From: Polyangiaceae bacterium
GTDB lineage: Bacteria > Myxococcota_A > Polyangia > HGW-17 > JALWFW01
Length of the DNA: 46,825 bases
Direction of reading: 5' to 3'
Assembly (NCBI GenBank): GCA_027013865.1
Contig: JALWFW010000119.1
Coordinates: 1 to 46,825, forward strand
The notes under the pieces: generated by a model
Seen by the model: the letters and a program-made list of their open reading frames with translations, nothing else
What the model was told of the DNA's origin: nothing
The model's database searches: none
In this document: positions 8,082 through 17,449 of the stretch, in pieces
Layout: each line of letters starts with the position of its first letter
Position numbering within the stretch: position 1 is the stretch's first letter
Translations under genes and position numbers: made by a program

Positions 8082-10043
8082 TCACTGAGCTTCGAGGAGG
8101 AAATTATCTATTTTCACGACGAGAGGAGTTATCATGAACGTTCCGTTACCATATATTATGTGATAGTAGACTTTGCCGGAAGAAACACCGTCCAGATAGG
8201 CGAATTCTCTGGTCAGAGTGACCCTACGCTCAGATGGGCCCTTAGTATTGATATAGAACAGAGGGTATTCCGTTCCTGAGATGGATATGCCTATCTCGAC
8301 AGCCGGATCGTCTATGTGGATGTTCTCTGTTGGGGGAATGATGGTTATGTTGGAGGAAAAGACCACTTTCTGGTGTGTACTCATATCGAAGGCAGGACTG
8401 TAAATAATGACCTCATCGCCTTCGTTAGCCTCTATCCTCAGTTGACCGTTTTCTATGCGTAGATCGGCGTCGTTGTTCTGAACCGACCAGTCGGAAGGGA
8501 TGGAGTTAGTGTTGAAGTCTTGGCGATACTGTTCCTGGAAGGTGCATGAGTGATTTTCGAATCCTGGGGTGCCCTTCATACGCACGATAATGTCGGGATG
8601 ACTTATAGAGGTGACGGTCTCGTTTGCATAGGGATACACAGAGGCGCAACCATGGGCTACGTCATCATTTTGTGAGGGGCTCCCCACATACTGGGAGTCC
8701 ACCTGGAACGAGCGGAGCGGAAGATCGGAATATATGGTGAAGGAGATACCTTCCACGGTCTGGGACGCACCTACCTGGGATGCCTGGCATACAATCTCGA
8801 GGGACTGATCCTCACCGACTTGCATGACTTCTGAAGTGTATGTCCCGAAGGATGATACAGACGGGGTGTTTTGATATGCCAGGACTCCGTACTGCCTGGG
8901 GGCCAGGTATGCACCAGCATTTATTTCTGAACGGTTACTGCTTTCCAGTGTGCAGTCCGAGAGATCGAGATAAGAGTCCGAGAGATTGAGCACTTCCACC
9001 CATTCGTTTCCACCTCTGAGATCATGGAAGACCTCCGAGATCATGATATCTCCTGGCTGTGGCTGCCTGGGTGGGGGCAGCATAGTGTAGGTCAGGTACG
9101 CTCCGTGCACTTCGTCATTGGATGATACGCATATCTGGTATGAACCAGGAGACATTCTGAAGAGAGCATCCCCGGGAGATGGCGTTACTGAATTGTCGTT
9201 GCAGTTCAACTCCAATTCCTTGATGCGGTTGACTCCGTTCGCATAGACGGCCACTGTGACAGAAGGACAAGAGCTGCCGTCCAGGGAGGACAGGGTGATT
9301 CCCAGTGACATGTCTCCGGTTGCCTCGAAGGTGATGCAGTCCTCCAGATCGTTGGCAGCGAGATCGAAACACCAGTTGGTATCCGGGGCTACGGACTGGG
9401 GAGTCGCATCCAGTGCGTTATCTTCTACGTCCATGACCTGGCACACGGAGCACTGGGCTATGCCGCTGGCGTCTTCTACGCACTGACCGGAGCACTGTTC
9501 GGATACGGTCCAGCCAAGGCAGCCGTCGGCATTCCTGGAACACTCCATGACTGAGGACAGATCTTCAGAACAGCGAAGTTTGCCTACTGCAGGGCATTCA
9601 TTGCTGCAGCTACTGTTGTTGTTGTCAGCAGTGTCTTGCGTGCAGGTTGCATCGCCGGACCTGTTGGAGCATATGAGACCGTCGATGGAGCAGTCGCGCT
9701 TGGCAGTCCAGATCAAGCGGCCATTTTCGTTGCTGCATTCCAGGAGGGTATTTCCTTCACAGCTACTTGCCCCTTCATCATTACATTCGAGTCCTACGTT
9801 GCTATCGCATGAGGCGAAGTCGAAAATACACGTATTGCTGCATCTGAGGACACCGCCGGCATAGCCAAAGTAGGTGCAGTCCTTGTCGTCCAGTGATGCA
9901 GCATCGCACTCTTCTCCCCGTTCAATGATACCATTGCCGCATACCGGATCCGTTCCTCCTGAGGAGGAACTGTCGTCACATGCCTGCACTAAGAAAGCTA
10001 GTGATGCAGACACCAGTACTGCCATGATAATTTTGGATTTCAT
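8082..10043 (-). CDS. secreted lipoprotein with Myxococcus-type Cys-rich repeat and lamin-tail domain (LTD)
   Basis: Signal peptide plus Cys (MKSKIIMAVLVSASLAFLVQAC). A CGNGIIERGEECD repeat is followed by Cys-rich modules. The LTD signature is ISEVFHDLRGGNEWVEVLNLSDSYLDLSDCTL. Strong SD GGAGGT upstream of ATG 10043. Confidence 0.8.
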   Translation of the reverse strand: MKSKIIMAVLVSASLAFLVQACDDSSSSGGTDPVCGNGIIERGEECDAASLDDKDCTYFGYAGGVLRCSNTCIFDFASCDSNVGLECNDEGASSCEGNTLLECSNENGRLIWTAKRDCSIDGLICSNRSGDATCTQDTADNNNSSCSNECPAVGKLRCSEDLSSVMECSRNADGCLGWTVSEQCSGQCVEDASGIAQCSVCQVMDVEDNALDATPQSVAPDTNWCFDLAANDLEDCITFEATGDMSLGITLSSLDGSSCPSVTVAVYANGVNRIKELELNCNDNSVTPSPGDALFRMSPGSYQICVSSNDEVHGAYLTYTMLPPPRQPQPGDIMISEVFHDLRGGNEWVEVLNLSDSYLDLSDCTLESSNRSEINAGAYLAPRQYGVLAYQNTPSVSSFGTYTSEVMQVGEDQSLEIVCQASQVGASQTVEGISFTIYSDLPLRSFQVDSQYVGSPSQNDDVAHGCASVYPYANETVTSISHPDIIVRMKGTPGFENHSCTFQEQYRQDFNTNSIPSDWSVQNNDADLRIENGQLRIEANEGDEVIIYSPAFDMSTHQKVVFSSNITIIPPTENIHIDDPAVEIGISISGTEYPLFYINTKGPSERRVTLTREFAYLDGVSSGKVYYHIIYGNGTFMITPLVVKIDNFLLEAQ

Positions 10044-10334
10044 CTGTTACCTCCAGTAATGCTATATCTGAAAAAAAATATGTCATGTATCGTACACTTT
10101 GCAATAATCATGATAACTTATTGTAATAAAAGATCTTTTTGAAAGCCTTGCTGGCATGAACCCAATAACGGAAGTCATGTCGAGAAGTTAAAGATCACTC
10201 TGATGAATATTTGGCGAGATTTGGGAGGTACTGGAATACAGACAGGTACCTGCGATATGAAACAAGAATGTTGAAAAGTGCGAGCATCTCAATATAATGC
10301 GGTCTCGCCCCGTTGTGGGACGTAAGGTGGTGCA

Positions 10335-11147
10335 ATGTCCGAGGACAGAAAAGAGAATTCAGTACTTTTCTCACTGAAAGAGCTCCGCAAAATAGAAGAA
10401 GAACGCATCAAGGAGCAGGAAGTAGCAGAAAAACAGCGCCTCGAGGAGGAAGAGCGCCGGCGTCGCGAGGAAGAAGAACGTCGACGTCGCGAGGAAGAAG
10501 AGCGCCAGCGCCGTGAGGAAGAGGCCCGCAAACAGGCTGAGGTTCAGTCCCAGCTGGAGCAGGTGAAGCAGCAGTACGAGTCCATGATGGCTGCAGAGCG
10601 TCAGCGTCTCCAGGAGGAATTTCAGCGTCAGTTGGCGACAGAAAAAGAACGCCTGAAGGACGTCATAAAGAACGAGATTGCCCTGGAGCAGGAGGCCGAG
10701 AGACAAAAGGCTCCTTCCAAGGGAATGGTAATAGCTCTTGGTGCTGCTACCGTACTCTTCTTGATAACCACCATTTATGGTTTTATGCATGCATCAGGAG
10801 TGGACAAGGACTGGGCAGCCAAATATGCCAAACTGCAGCGTGAGACCAAGGCTCAGTTGCAGGAGAAAGAAGGCAAAATCTCAGATCTCACCACTCAGAT
10901 CAATGATCTCAAGAGCAAATACAAGGCTCTCGAGTCTGAACGCGACGATCTCGCCAAAGAAAAGAAGGATCTCGAGAAGCAGCTGGCATCGGCAGCATCG
11001 AATGCCTCGTCTGCAGAGAGCTCTTCCGGGGCGAAGAAGTCTGCTTCGAAGAGGCATGGCAGGCGCCGCCGTCCCGTGCGTCGTGGTGGCAAGAAGAAGC
11101 ATTCCGGTCCCAAATGTGATCCCAGCGATCCCCTCTGCGGACTCTGA
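10335..11147 (+). CDS. single-pass membrane protein with N-terminal ER/K charged helix and C-terminal coiled coil
   Basis: 270 aa. The N-terminal segment is highly charged, with an EEEERRRR repeat. One TM helix (GMVIALGAATVLFLITTIYGFMHA) is followed by a heptad-like K/E/L-rich region, then a basic tail ending CDPSDPLCGL. Confidence 0.7.
   Translation: MSEDRKENSVLFSLKELRKIEEERIKEQEVAEKQRLEEEERRRREEEERRRREEEERQRREEEARKQAEVQSQLEQVKQQYESMMAAERQRLQEEFQRQLATEKERLKDVIKNEIALEQEAERQKAPSKGMVIALGAATVLFLITTIYGFMHASGVDKDWAAKYAKLQRETKAQLQEKEGKISDLTTQINDLKSKYKALESERDDLAKEKKDLEKQLASAASNASSAESSSGAKKSASKRHGRRRRPVRRGGKKKHSGPKCDPSDPLCGL
10443..10514 (+). repeat. 3 tandem copies of a 24-bp unit encoding EEEERRRR / EEEERRRR / EEEERQRR, with a degenerate 4th copy to about 10538
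   Basis: Read from DNA and translation: gaggaggaagagcgccggcgtcgc / gaggaagaagaacgtcgacgtcgc / gaggaagaagagcgccagcgccgt. Confidence 0.8.
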
Positions 11148-11207
11148 TTCCTGGAAATTATCGATGACTCAATCCGTTCTTACGGAAATTCGGGGGTAAA
11201 CGAAGAA

Positions 11208-12584
11208 ATGGACGACAAGGAATTCTCCAGCATGCTCGAAAAGAGCGTAGAGATGCGAAACAGACAGCTCAACCCGGGGGATGAACTCACCGGCCGCGTA
11301 GTGGGCGAGAGTGCAGAAGACTTTTTCGTGGATTACGGAGGAAAGTCGGAAGCTCTGCTGCCCAAGGACGAGGCCGAGGAAGGCACGGCAACGGGCAGTG
11401 TCGTACGGGTGAGGGTCAGGCGGATTTCTCCGGACGGTACCATATACCTGGCAGGACGCATTTCTCGTCAGTCGGTGGACAAATCCGCTATACGCATGGC
11501 TTATGAATCGGGTATGCCTGTGCAGGGCAGGGTTCTGGAATCCCGGAAGGGCGGATATTCCGTGGAGCTCGGACCAAAGATTAGGGCTTTTTGCCCCATA
11601 AGTCAGATTGATGACCAGTTCACGTCCGATCCTCTGGTCCATATGGACAAGACATACTGGTTCAAGATACTCGAATTTTCCGATACCGGCGATATCGTGG
11701 TTTCTAGGAGGGCCTATCTCAGGGATGAGAAGGAGAAGAAGAAGGAAGAACTTCTCAAGACCCTTCAGCCCGGTCAGGTCCTGGAAGGTACGGTATCCAG
11801 AATCATGGACTATGGCGCTTTCGTGGACATCGGAGGCATAGAGGGACTCTTGCACGTATCCCAGATTTCTTGGGATCAGGTCAATCCCCATGAGGTTCTC
11901 GAGGAAGGACAGAAAGTCCGAGTCAAGGTCACTGACATGGAGCACCGGGGGGATACGCTGCGTATATCCCTGTCCATGAAGGTTCTCGAGAAGGATCCCT
12001 GGGAGACCTTTGGGGAGCTCGAGGAGGGTGCGATTCTGGAGGGCGAGGTAATGCGCATCAAGCCCTTTGGGGCATTCATACGGCTTGCCCCAGGGGTCGA
12101 AGGACTGCTCCACATATCTGAGATGGCATGGCATCGCGTATCTCGTGTCGAGGATCTTCTTTCCGTGGGTGACAGGGTAAAGGTCAAGGTGCTTTCGGCT
12201 GATCCTGATTCCAAGCGTATCTCTCTATCCTTGCGTGAGGTTCAGGGTGCTCCAGAGGGCGAAATTGCCGAGGGCGCACAGGTGGACGGCATCGTAAATG
12301 AGGTAAAGTCCTTTGGTCTGCTGGTGACACTGCCTGGCGGTAAGGTCGGCCTGCTTCCGAAGCGTGAACGTGGGGCCGTGAATCCGGCGAATGCCTTCAA
12401 GGAGGGACAGCCGATTCGCGTGCTCGTCATGTCCGTGGACGAGGAAAACGGCCGAATTTCCCTCACTACGGCAGACAAGAAGGATCTCATGGATGATCAG
12501 GATTACCGTAAGTTTGCTCCAAAGAAGGAAGACAAACTTGCGACCCTTGGTGACTTTCTGGCAGATCTAAAGAAAGATCGCTGA
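11208..12584 (+). CDS. rpsA: 30S ribosomal protein S1-like protein (multiple S1 RNA-binding domains)
   Basis: Repeated S1 OB-fold signatures: GTVSRIMDYGAFVDIGGIEGLLHVSQISW, GEVMRIKPFGAFIRLAPGVEGLLHISEMAW, GIVNEVKSFGLLVTLPGGKVGLLP. At 458 aa it is shorter than the 6-domain E. coli S1, so assignment as the ribosomal S1 is probable but not certain. Confidence 0.8.
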   Translation: MDDKEFSSMLEKSVEMRNRQLNPGDELTGRVVGESAEDFFVDYGGKSEALLPKDEAEEGTATGSVVRVRVRRISPDGTIYLAGRISRQSVDKSAIRMAYESGMPVQGRVLESRKGGYSVELGPKIRAFCPISQIDDQFTSDPLVHMDKTYWFKILEFSDTGDIVVSRRAYLRDEKEKKKEELLKTLQPGQVLEGTVSRIMDYGAFVDIGGIEGLLHVSQISWDQVNPHEVLEEGQKVRVKVTDMEHRGDTLRISLSMKVLEKDPWETFGELEEGAILEGEVMRIKPFGAFIRLAPGVEGLLHISEMAWHRVSRVEDLLSVGDRVKVKVLSADPDSKRISLSLREVQGAPEGEIAEGAQVDGIVNEVKSFGLLVTLPGGKVGLLPKRERGAVNPANAFKEGQPIRVLVMSVDEENGRISLTTADKKDLMDDQDYRKFAPKKEDKLATLGDFLADLKKDR

Positions 12585-12689
12585 TTGCAGGTAGTCTCAA
12601 GATTTCAGATTTTCTGTGTAACCTATCGATATCGAAGCAAAATCAGAAGATATTCGTGGGGCCTGGGGAATAACCACCCAGTGTGTTGT

Positions 12690-13340
12690 TCAGAAGAATC
12701 TCACTTCACCTTCCCAACCGAATACCCAGGGAACGCGATCTTTACGGAGGTCTTCCTTGAGCCAGGTCCTACCCAGGATATACAGGGGGTTTACTGTGTG
12801 TCCTCCTGCGATGACTCCAAGGTGCAGATGGGGGCCCGTGGAACGTCCCGTGGAACCCGTGAGTCCCACCAGAGTACCTTCGCTGACCTCATCTCCCGTG
12901 GCTACGAGGATGTCGGACAGATGGGCATAAATGGTCATCATACCGCCGATGTGTTTTATGATTACGTGATTGCCCATGACTGAGTTGTAGGCAGCCCTCC
13001 ATACCACTCCCGAGGCTGCTGCCCTGACAGGGGTTCCAAGTCTGTGCATGATGTCCACACCGCGGTGATACAGTACAGAGCCAACAACGGGATGTTTGCG
13101 GAATCCATAGGGTGAGGTTATCTCAATGTCATGATATGGCCATACCACCGGCAGCGGGGTTTTTTTTATCATGAGGGGATCCAGGTTTTCAGAAGGAGTC
13201 AGGGGAATGTACGGTTCGGCCAGTGCAGCCCTGCGCATTGTTCGGGCAGGTATGGACTGCGTGACCTCATCAATGGTCTCGCACCGGGAGCATGAGAAAA
13301 AGTTTAATAAAATCAGTATGATAGCAAAGTTTTTCTTCAC
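12690..13340 (-). CDS. M23/LytM-family peptidoglycan metallo-endopeptidase, lipoprotein
   Basis: HxxxD (HRGVDI) and HxH (GPHLHLGV) zinc motifs, with GTPVRAAASGVV between them. Signal peptide plus Cys (MKKNFAIILILLNFFSC). The GTG start overlaps the upstream gene's stop as GTGA. Confidence 0.9.
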   Translation of the reverse strand: MKKNFAIILILLNFFSCSRCETIDEVTQSIPARTMRRAALAEPYIPLTPSENLDPLMIKKTPLPVVWPYHDIEITSPYGFRKHPVVGSVLYHRGVDIMHRLGTPVRAAASGVVWRAAYNSVMGNHVIIKHIGGMMTIYAHLSDILVATGDEVSEGTLVGLTGSTGRSTGPHLHLGVIAGGHTVNPLYILGRTWLKEDLRKDRVPWVFGWEGEVRFF

Positions 13341-15034
13341 CTTGTTTTGGCCTCCACGACTTTTATTACTCCATCATCCACACAGGTCAAGACCCCGTCA
13401 TGAATCCCGTCTCCGTTGAGATCTGAGCCAAGATGAGCCCTCCGGATGCCAAGACACGGGATCTCGTCAGCAGCAGAGAAAGACCAGGTACCGTTGCCCA
13501 GATATGTGCCCAGCCCCACAGATGGATGCAGGAGTGCAAGATCCCGGTTGCCGTCACCATCTAGGTGAAGCACGATGACTGCGGATGCCGGAACTGCCAG
13601 GTCCATGGCCAGCAGCGACGAAAAATTCTGGCCACTATCCTGGTTGAGAATGACTCCAAGGCGTCCTGCCGCACGATAGGTAAGCATGATGTCCCTGTCC
13701 CCGTCTGAGTCCATGTCGCCCAGGGCAATACCCATCACGCCAGTTCCCACGTAGCGAGCCGTCACGTAGTCGTATGCTCCGTCACTGCGTCCCAAGTAGA
13801 TGCCTAGCAGGCCTGCTCCAGATCGTGCCACGGCGAGATCATCGATGCCGTCACCATTCATGTCTCCGGTGGCGAAGTCGGATGGCTGACCTCCAATGGG
13901 CATTATGGCCGTCATGGTGGTGCCGTCCATGCGGTAGATAGTCTTGGTGGCGGCTCCCAAAATCCATAGGTGTCCTGAAGCATCGCAGTGCATGGATAAG
14001 GGACGGTCTGTGCCGGTGAAGCTATCAGCGTCTGAAGATGCTGTGATTCTGACGTAAATGGCGCTTCCATCCAGCGTCATGCCTGCTGCCCAGATGATAT
14101 CGCCACAGGGTTCCACGAGGATGTATGCCGCATCATCTCTCAAAATGGTGGCCTGCCAGTCCGGGGAGATGTCCAAAAGGGCTCCGGACGTGAGAGATGC
14201 ATCGGCCGTGGCCACCAGAATATGAGGCATGGTACCGTCACTGGCAGGCATGGGAGCAGCATCCATGGGAATTGGCTCTACGGTGATTTCATTGAGCACA
14301 CCAAAAGAGCCGTCACCGTCGTGACAGTCTATACAACCCGTATATCCAGAAGATGACAGCGATAGATCGCAGGATTCGCCTTCTTCCACGATTCCGTTGC
14401 CGCATCCACCTGTGCAACGGGAGGTGTCCCATGTACAAGAGTCCGAGCAGGCGAGTGAGCCGCCGTTGAATCCGAGGTCTTGGCAAGACATTGAATGCGT
14501 GTCCTGGCCGTCGCACTGCTCGCCTTCCTCCACGATTCCGTTGCCGCATCCACCTGTGCAACGGGAGGTGTCCCATGTACAAGAGTCCGAGCAGGCGAGT
14601 GAGCCGCCGTCGAATCCGAGATCTTGGCAAGACATTGAATACGTGTCCTGGCCGTCGCACTGCTCGCCTTCCTCCACGACTCCGTTACCACACTTGTGGC
14701 AGGCCGATACGTCCCAGTGGCAGTCAGACAGACAGTCCAGAGTACCTCCGGTATAGCCCAGAAGCTGGCAGTTCATGCCTCCCAGATCCACTCCGTCGCA
14801 TTCCTCACCCGAATCAGCCACGTTGTCTCCGCATGATGGCAGGGTACAGTCGGTGCGACATGTATCAGGGCGTACGTCACTATTGTCGGGGCCATTGTCA
14901 CATTCTTCTCCTGGTTCCACGGTCCAGTTGCCACACTGGGAATCTCCGTCGTGTGACGGGGACACACAGGAGTGCATAAGTGAGAGTGACAGCAAAAATG
15001 TCAGTAAGATAAATAGGTTATGCAGTTTAGACAT
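13337..15034 (-). CDS. secreted/lipoprotein with tandem Myxococcus-type Cys-rich repeats and FG-GAP/VCBS (integrin-alpha-like) repeats
   Basis: Five or more CGNG.VE.GE.CD modules, then DxDxDG loops (GDMNGDGIDDLAVA, GDMDSDGDRDIML, HLDGDGNRDLALL, DLNGDGIHDGVL). The signal peptide MSKLHNLFILLTFLLSLSLMHSC favours ATG 15034, which overlaps the dapF stop as ATGTCTAA. The track's 15091 and ATG 15049 are alternative starts. Confidence 0.8.
   Translation of the reverse strand: MSKLHNLFILLTFLLSLSLMHSCVSPSHDGDSQCGNWTVEPGEECDNGPDNSDVRPDTCRTDCTLPSCGDNVADSGEECDGVDLGGMNCQLLGYTGGTLDCLSDCHWDVSACHKCGNGVVEEGEQCDGQDTYSMSCQDLGFDGGSLACSDSCTWDTSRCTGGCGNGIVEEGEQCDGQDTHSMSCQDLGFNGGSLACSDSCTWDTSRCTGGCGNGIVEEGESCDLSLSSSGYTGCIDCHDGDGSFGVLNEITVEPIPMDAAPMPASDGTMPHILVATADASLTSGALLDISPDWQATILRDDAAYILVEPCGDIIWAAGMTLDGSAIYVRITASSDADSFTGTDRPLSMHCDASGHLWILGAATKTIYRMDGTTMTAIMPIGGQPSDFATGDMNGDGIDDLAVARSGAGLLGIYLGRSDGAYDYVTARYVGTGVMGIALGDMDSDGDRDIMLTYRAAGRLGVILNQDSGQNFSSLLAMDLAVPASAVIVLHLDGDGNRDLALLHPSVGLGTYLGNGTWSFSAADEIPCLGIRRAHLGSDLNGDGIHDGVLTCVDDGVIKVVEAKTR
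14405..14692 (-). repeat. two tandem 144-bp (48-codon) copies of a Cys-rich module, plus a partial third copy reaching down to about 14366
   Basis: Copies 14549-14692 and 14405-14548 differ at 6 of 144 positions by my manual alignment. Both encode CGNG[VI]VEEGEQCDGQDT[YH]SMSCQDLGF[DN]GGSLACSDSCTWDTSRCTGG. Confidence 0.9.
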
Positions 15035-15824
15035 TGTAGAGTTCGCCATGATAGACAGTTTCGGCCGGCCCTGTGAGATACGCTGTCCCATCCGGTTCGA
15101 ACCGCAGAGCTAGTGTGCCACCTTTCTGCTTCACCGTTATGTGGTTGGAGATGAGACCCCTGTTTCTGGCCGCCGTGGCTGCTGCTGTGGCTCCAGTGCC
15201 GCATGCTCCGGTAAATCCTGCTCCCCGTTCCCATACGGCGAGGAATATGTTTCCGTCGTCTTCCAGCCGGGCGAATCCCACGTTTATGCCTCCGCCATGG
15301 GGTTCGAGTTCAGGTCCTTGGTTTAGCGCCATATCGAGGGGGTCTGTCTGTTCGGACACGAAGTGGACGATATGTGGGTTGCCCACGTCCACCATGGTAA
15401 AGTCCAGCCCGCCTATTTCCAGGGAGGGTTTTACGATTTCAGGCTTTCCTATGCATACCTCCACGGTAGCTGAGCTGCCCTTCATAGTGGTCACCTTGCC
15501 TCCCAAAAGACCGGCATCCGTCATGACTTCGATCCAGGTTGAAGGCTCTAACTTATTGATATCATTAATGTATTTTACTGCACATCGCAATCCGTTGCCA
15601 CACATCTCGGCTTTGGTGCCATCAGGATTGTAGATGAGCATACGGTATTGGTCACCCTGCCTGCCCACCAGAAGAATTCCGTCGGCTCCGACTCCCCATT
15701 TTCGCGTACACAGGTGCCTGACAGTCTCGGGTGGTAGTTCCTTTACTCCGGTTTTGTCCATGTCCACGAGAATGAAATCGTTACCCAGTCCGTGTATCTT
15801 TATGAACTCCATGCTCTTCTCCAC
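15027..15824 (-). CDS. dapF: diaminopimelate epimerase
   Basis: KIHGLGNDFILVD N-terminus and both catalytic Cys motifs (MCGNGLRCAVKY and ACGTGATAAA). 265 aa. Confidence 0.93.
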   Translation of the reverse strand: MEKSMEFIKIHGLGNDFILVDMDKTGVKELPPETVRHLCTRKWGVGADGILLVGRQGDQYRMLIYNPDGTKAEMCGNGLRCAVKYINDINKLEPSTWIEVMTDAGLLGGKVTTMKGSSATVEVCIGKPEIVKPSLEIGGLDFTMVDVGNPHIVHFVSEQTDPLDMALNQGPELEPHGGGINVGFARLEDDGNIFLAVWERGAGFTGACGTGATAAATAARNRGLISNHITVKQKGGTLALRFEPDGTAYLTGPAETVYHGELYNV

Positions 15825-15936
15825 CTGTCAGAAGATCGTTACCCCATGAAGGGATGTGTTGCAACCGATGGTCGTGAAATACCTAATAGTGCTGAGTTCC
15901 GCAGTCTGGCAGGCTATGAATATGTCGTATGGTCGG

Positions 15937-17400
15937 TCAGTTCTTGCGCGGTCTGCCTCTGGTACCGTGGAATTCTACACCCAATTTCTTGATGAGGATG
16001 CCTAGCCTGCGTCTGGTTATGCCCAGCAGATCCGCAGCTCTGGTGAGGTTGTGTCCTGAGCGCTCCAGGGCCACATCTATGATTTTGCTCGTGGTCTCGT
16101 CGACGTATTTGTCCAGGGAGAAGTCTTCGGATGCCAGAAGCTGCATTATGTGCTCCTGTTCGTGATCCATGTCAGTTCTGCCGCTGTCCATGGCGCGAGG
16201 TCTGAATTCTGCGAGATGCTCGGGACGGAGTTCCTCACTGGCCGAAGCATGTGCATAGGCATAGTAGATAGCTGATCTGAGCTCCCGCACATTGCCCCTC
16301 CACTGGAGCTCCATGAGGTATTCGATGAGTTCAGGAGTTATTCTTTTTGGGGGACCGCCGTGTTCCCGCTGTGCATGCTTGAGGAACATGGCGGACAGGG
16401 GAGGGATGTCCTCTCTGCGCTGCACGAGAGGCGGAATCATTATGGGATACACGTAAAGACGGAAGAACAGGTCTTCCCGAAATTCCCCGGTTTCCACGAG
16501 TGTGGGCAAATCCTGAACAGTGGCAGCGATTATACGTACGTTTACGGTTTTTTGTATGGTACTGCCCACGGGGAAGAACTTGCCCTCCTGAATGACCTGG
16601 AGAAGTTTGACCTGAAGATGTTTGGGGAGGTCACCAATTTCATCCAGTAGTATGGTGCCTCCGTCAGCAGAATCGAACAGACCTTTTTTGTCGGTGTCGG
16701 CTCCGGTGAATGCCCCCTTTACGTATCCGAACAATTCACTTTCCAGCAGCGCCTCTGGAATGGCCGAGACATTGAGAGCCACAAATGGGTTAGATGCCCT
16801 TCTGGACCATTTGTGAATGAGACGTGCAAGGTATGTTTTGCCCACACCCGTAGGTCCCAGGAGCAAGACGGGAGCGTCTGATTCGGCTGCCTTGCGTGCC
16901 TTGGAGATCACTTTTTTCATGGCCGTGCTTTTCACCACGAAGTTGGGGTCTCCAAGCTGTTCGCCCAAAGCCGATTCAAGCCGCCATCCTTCTAGGGAAA
17001 AGTTCATGCTGACGGCCTCGAGTGCTTTTTTCAGGGTGCTCTCGAAACGTTCCTTGTCCAGTGGTTTGGGCAAAAAGTCGTACGCTCCGCCTTTGAGGGC
17101 CCTTGTCGTAGTGTCGACATCGTAGCGTCCGGATATGACGATTACTGGTACGGAAGAATCGATGTTTCTTAGGAGTTCCATGAGCACCAGGCCGTCTCCA
17201 TCAGGAAGGTTGATGTCGACGAGAACCACATCCGGCCGTTCCCGTTCGAAGTGTTCGAGTCCATGCCTGAATGAAAGCGCCTGAAGTACCCTGTATCCCT
17301 TGAGAAGCCTTTTCATGCTCCGTTGGAATGCAGGATCATCATCTATGACCAGTATGGTATAGGAATGCTCCTGGGACATAATCTGTTCCGACATGTTCAT
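15937..17400 (-). CDS. sigma-54-dependent response regulator (NtrC family enhancer-binding protein)
   Basis: Receiver domain ([28 protein letters not shown]). AAA+ domain with Walker [15 protein letters not shown] loop (KGAFTGAD) and ESELFGY. C-terminal Fis-type HTH ([24 protein letters not shown]). No histidine kinase is adjacent. Confidence 0.92.
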   Translation of the reverse strand: MNMSEQIMSQEHSYTILVIDDDPAFQRSMKRLLKGYRVLQALSFRHGLEHFERERPDVVLVDINLPDGDGLVLMELLRNIDSSVPVIVISGRYDVDTTTRALKGGAYDFLPKPLDKERFESTLKKALEAVSMNFSLEGWRLESALGEQLGDPNFVVKSTAMKKVISKARKAAESDAPVLLLGPTGVGKTYLARLIHKWSRRASNPFVALNVSAIPEALLESELFGYVKGAFTGADTDKKGLFDSADGGTILLDEIGDLPKHLQVKLLQVIQEGKFFPVGSTIQKTVNVRIIAATVQDLPTLVETGEFREDLFFRLYVYPIMIPPLVQRREDIPPLSAMFLKHAQREHGGPPKRITPELIEYLMELQWRGNVRELRSAIYYAYAHASASEELRPEHLAEFRPRAMDSGRTDMDHEQEHIMQLLASEDFSLDKYVDETTSKIIDVALERSGHNLTRAADLLGITRRRLGILIKKLGVEFHGTRGRPRKN

Positions 17401-17449
17401 TATCCTACCTGACCTGAGACTTCATTTTCAACCAAATAATAAAATTACA

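Noticed and set aside
10099-10127. Possible sigma-70 promoter TTGCAA-N17-TGTAAT upstream of the E4R4 protein gene, and a TTGACA hexamer (32563-32568, minus strand) upstream of mrp
   Set aside because: Hexamer matches of this quality are expected by chance in AT-rich intergenic DNA. The mrp TTGACA has no acceptable -10 box at 16-18 nt. The evidence is not strong enough to annotate a promoter without transcription-start data.
10226-10251. AGGTAC ... (A)GGTACCT short direct/inverted repeat in the 10044-10334 intergenic region
   Set aside because: The arms are only 6 bp with a 14-nt spacer and are partly self-palindromic (AGGTACCT). That is too short to distinguish from chance.
10289-10531. 80-aa minus-strand ORF rich in RRRRSSSS
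   Set aside because: It is the antisense reading of the GAG/CGN 24-bp repeats that encode EEEERRRR on the plus strand. The plus-strand gene has a start with an SD, a TM segment and a coherent architecture.
14313-14979. Several 110-160-aa ORFs in alternative frames and strands across the Cys-rich repeat region (14313-14660, 14329-14691, 14397-14756, 14491-14979)
   Set aside because: They are by-products of the 144-bp tandem duplication, so the same spurious frame is repeated. They lie inside the FG-GAP/Cys-rich gene, whose frame carries clear domain signatures.
15088-15103. GGTTCGAACC, resembling a tRNA T-arm sequence
   Set aside because: It is a simple 10-bp palindrome inside the dapF coding region, with no acceptor or anticodon stems around it. 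No tRNA-like cloverleaf was found in any intergenic region.
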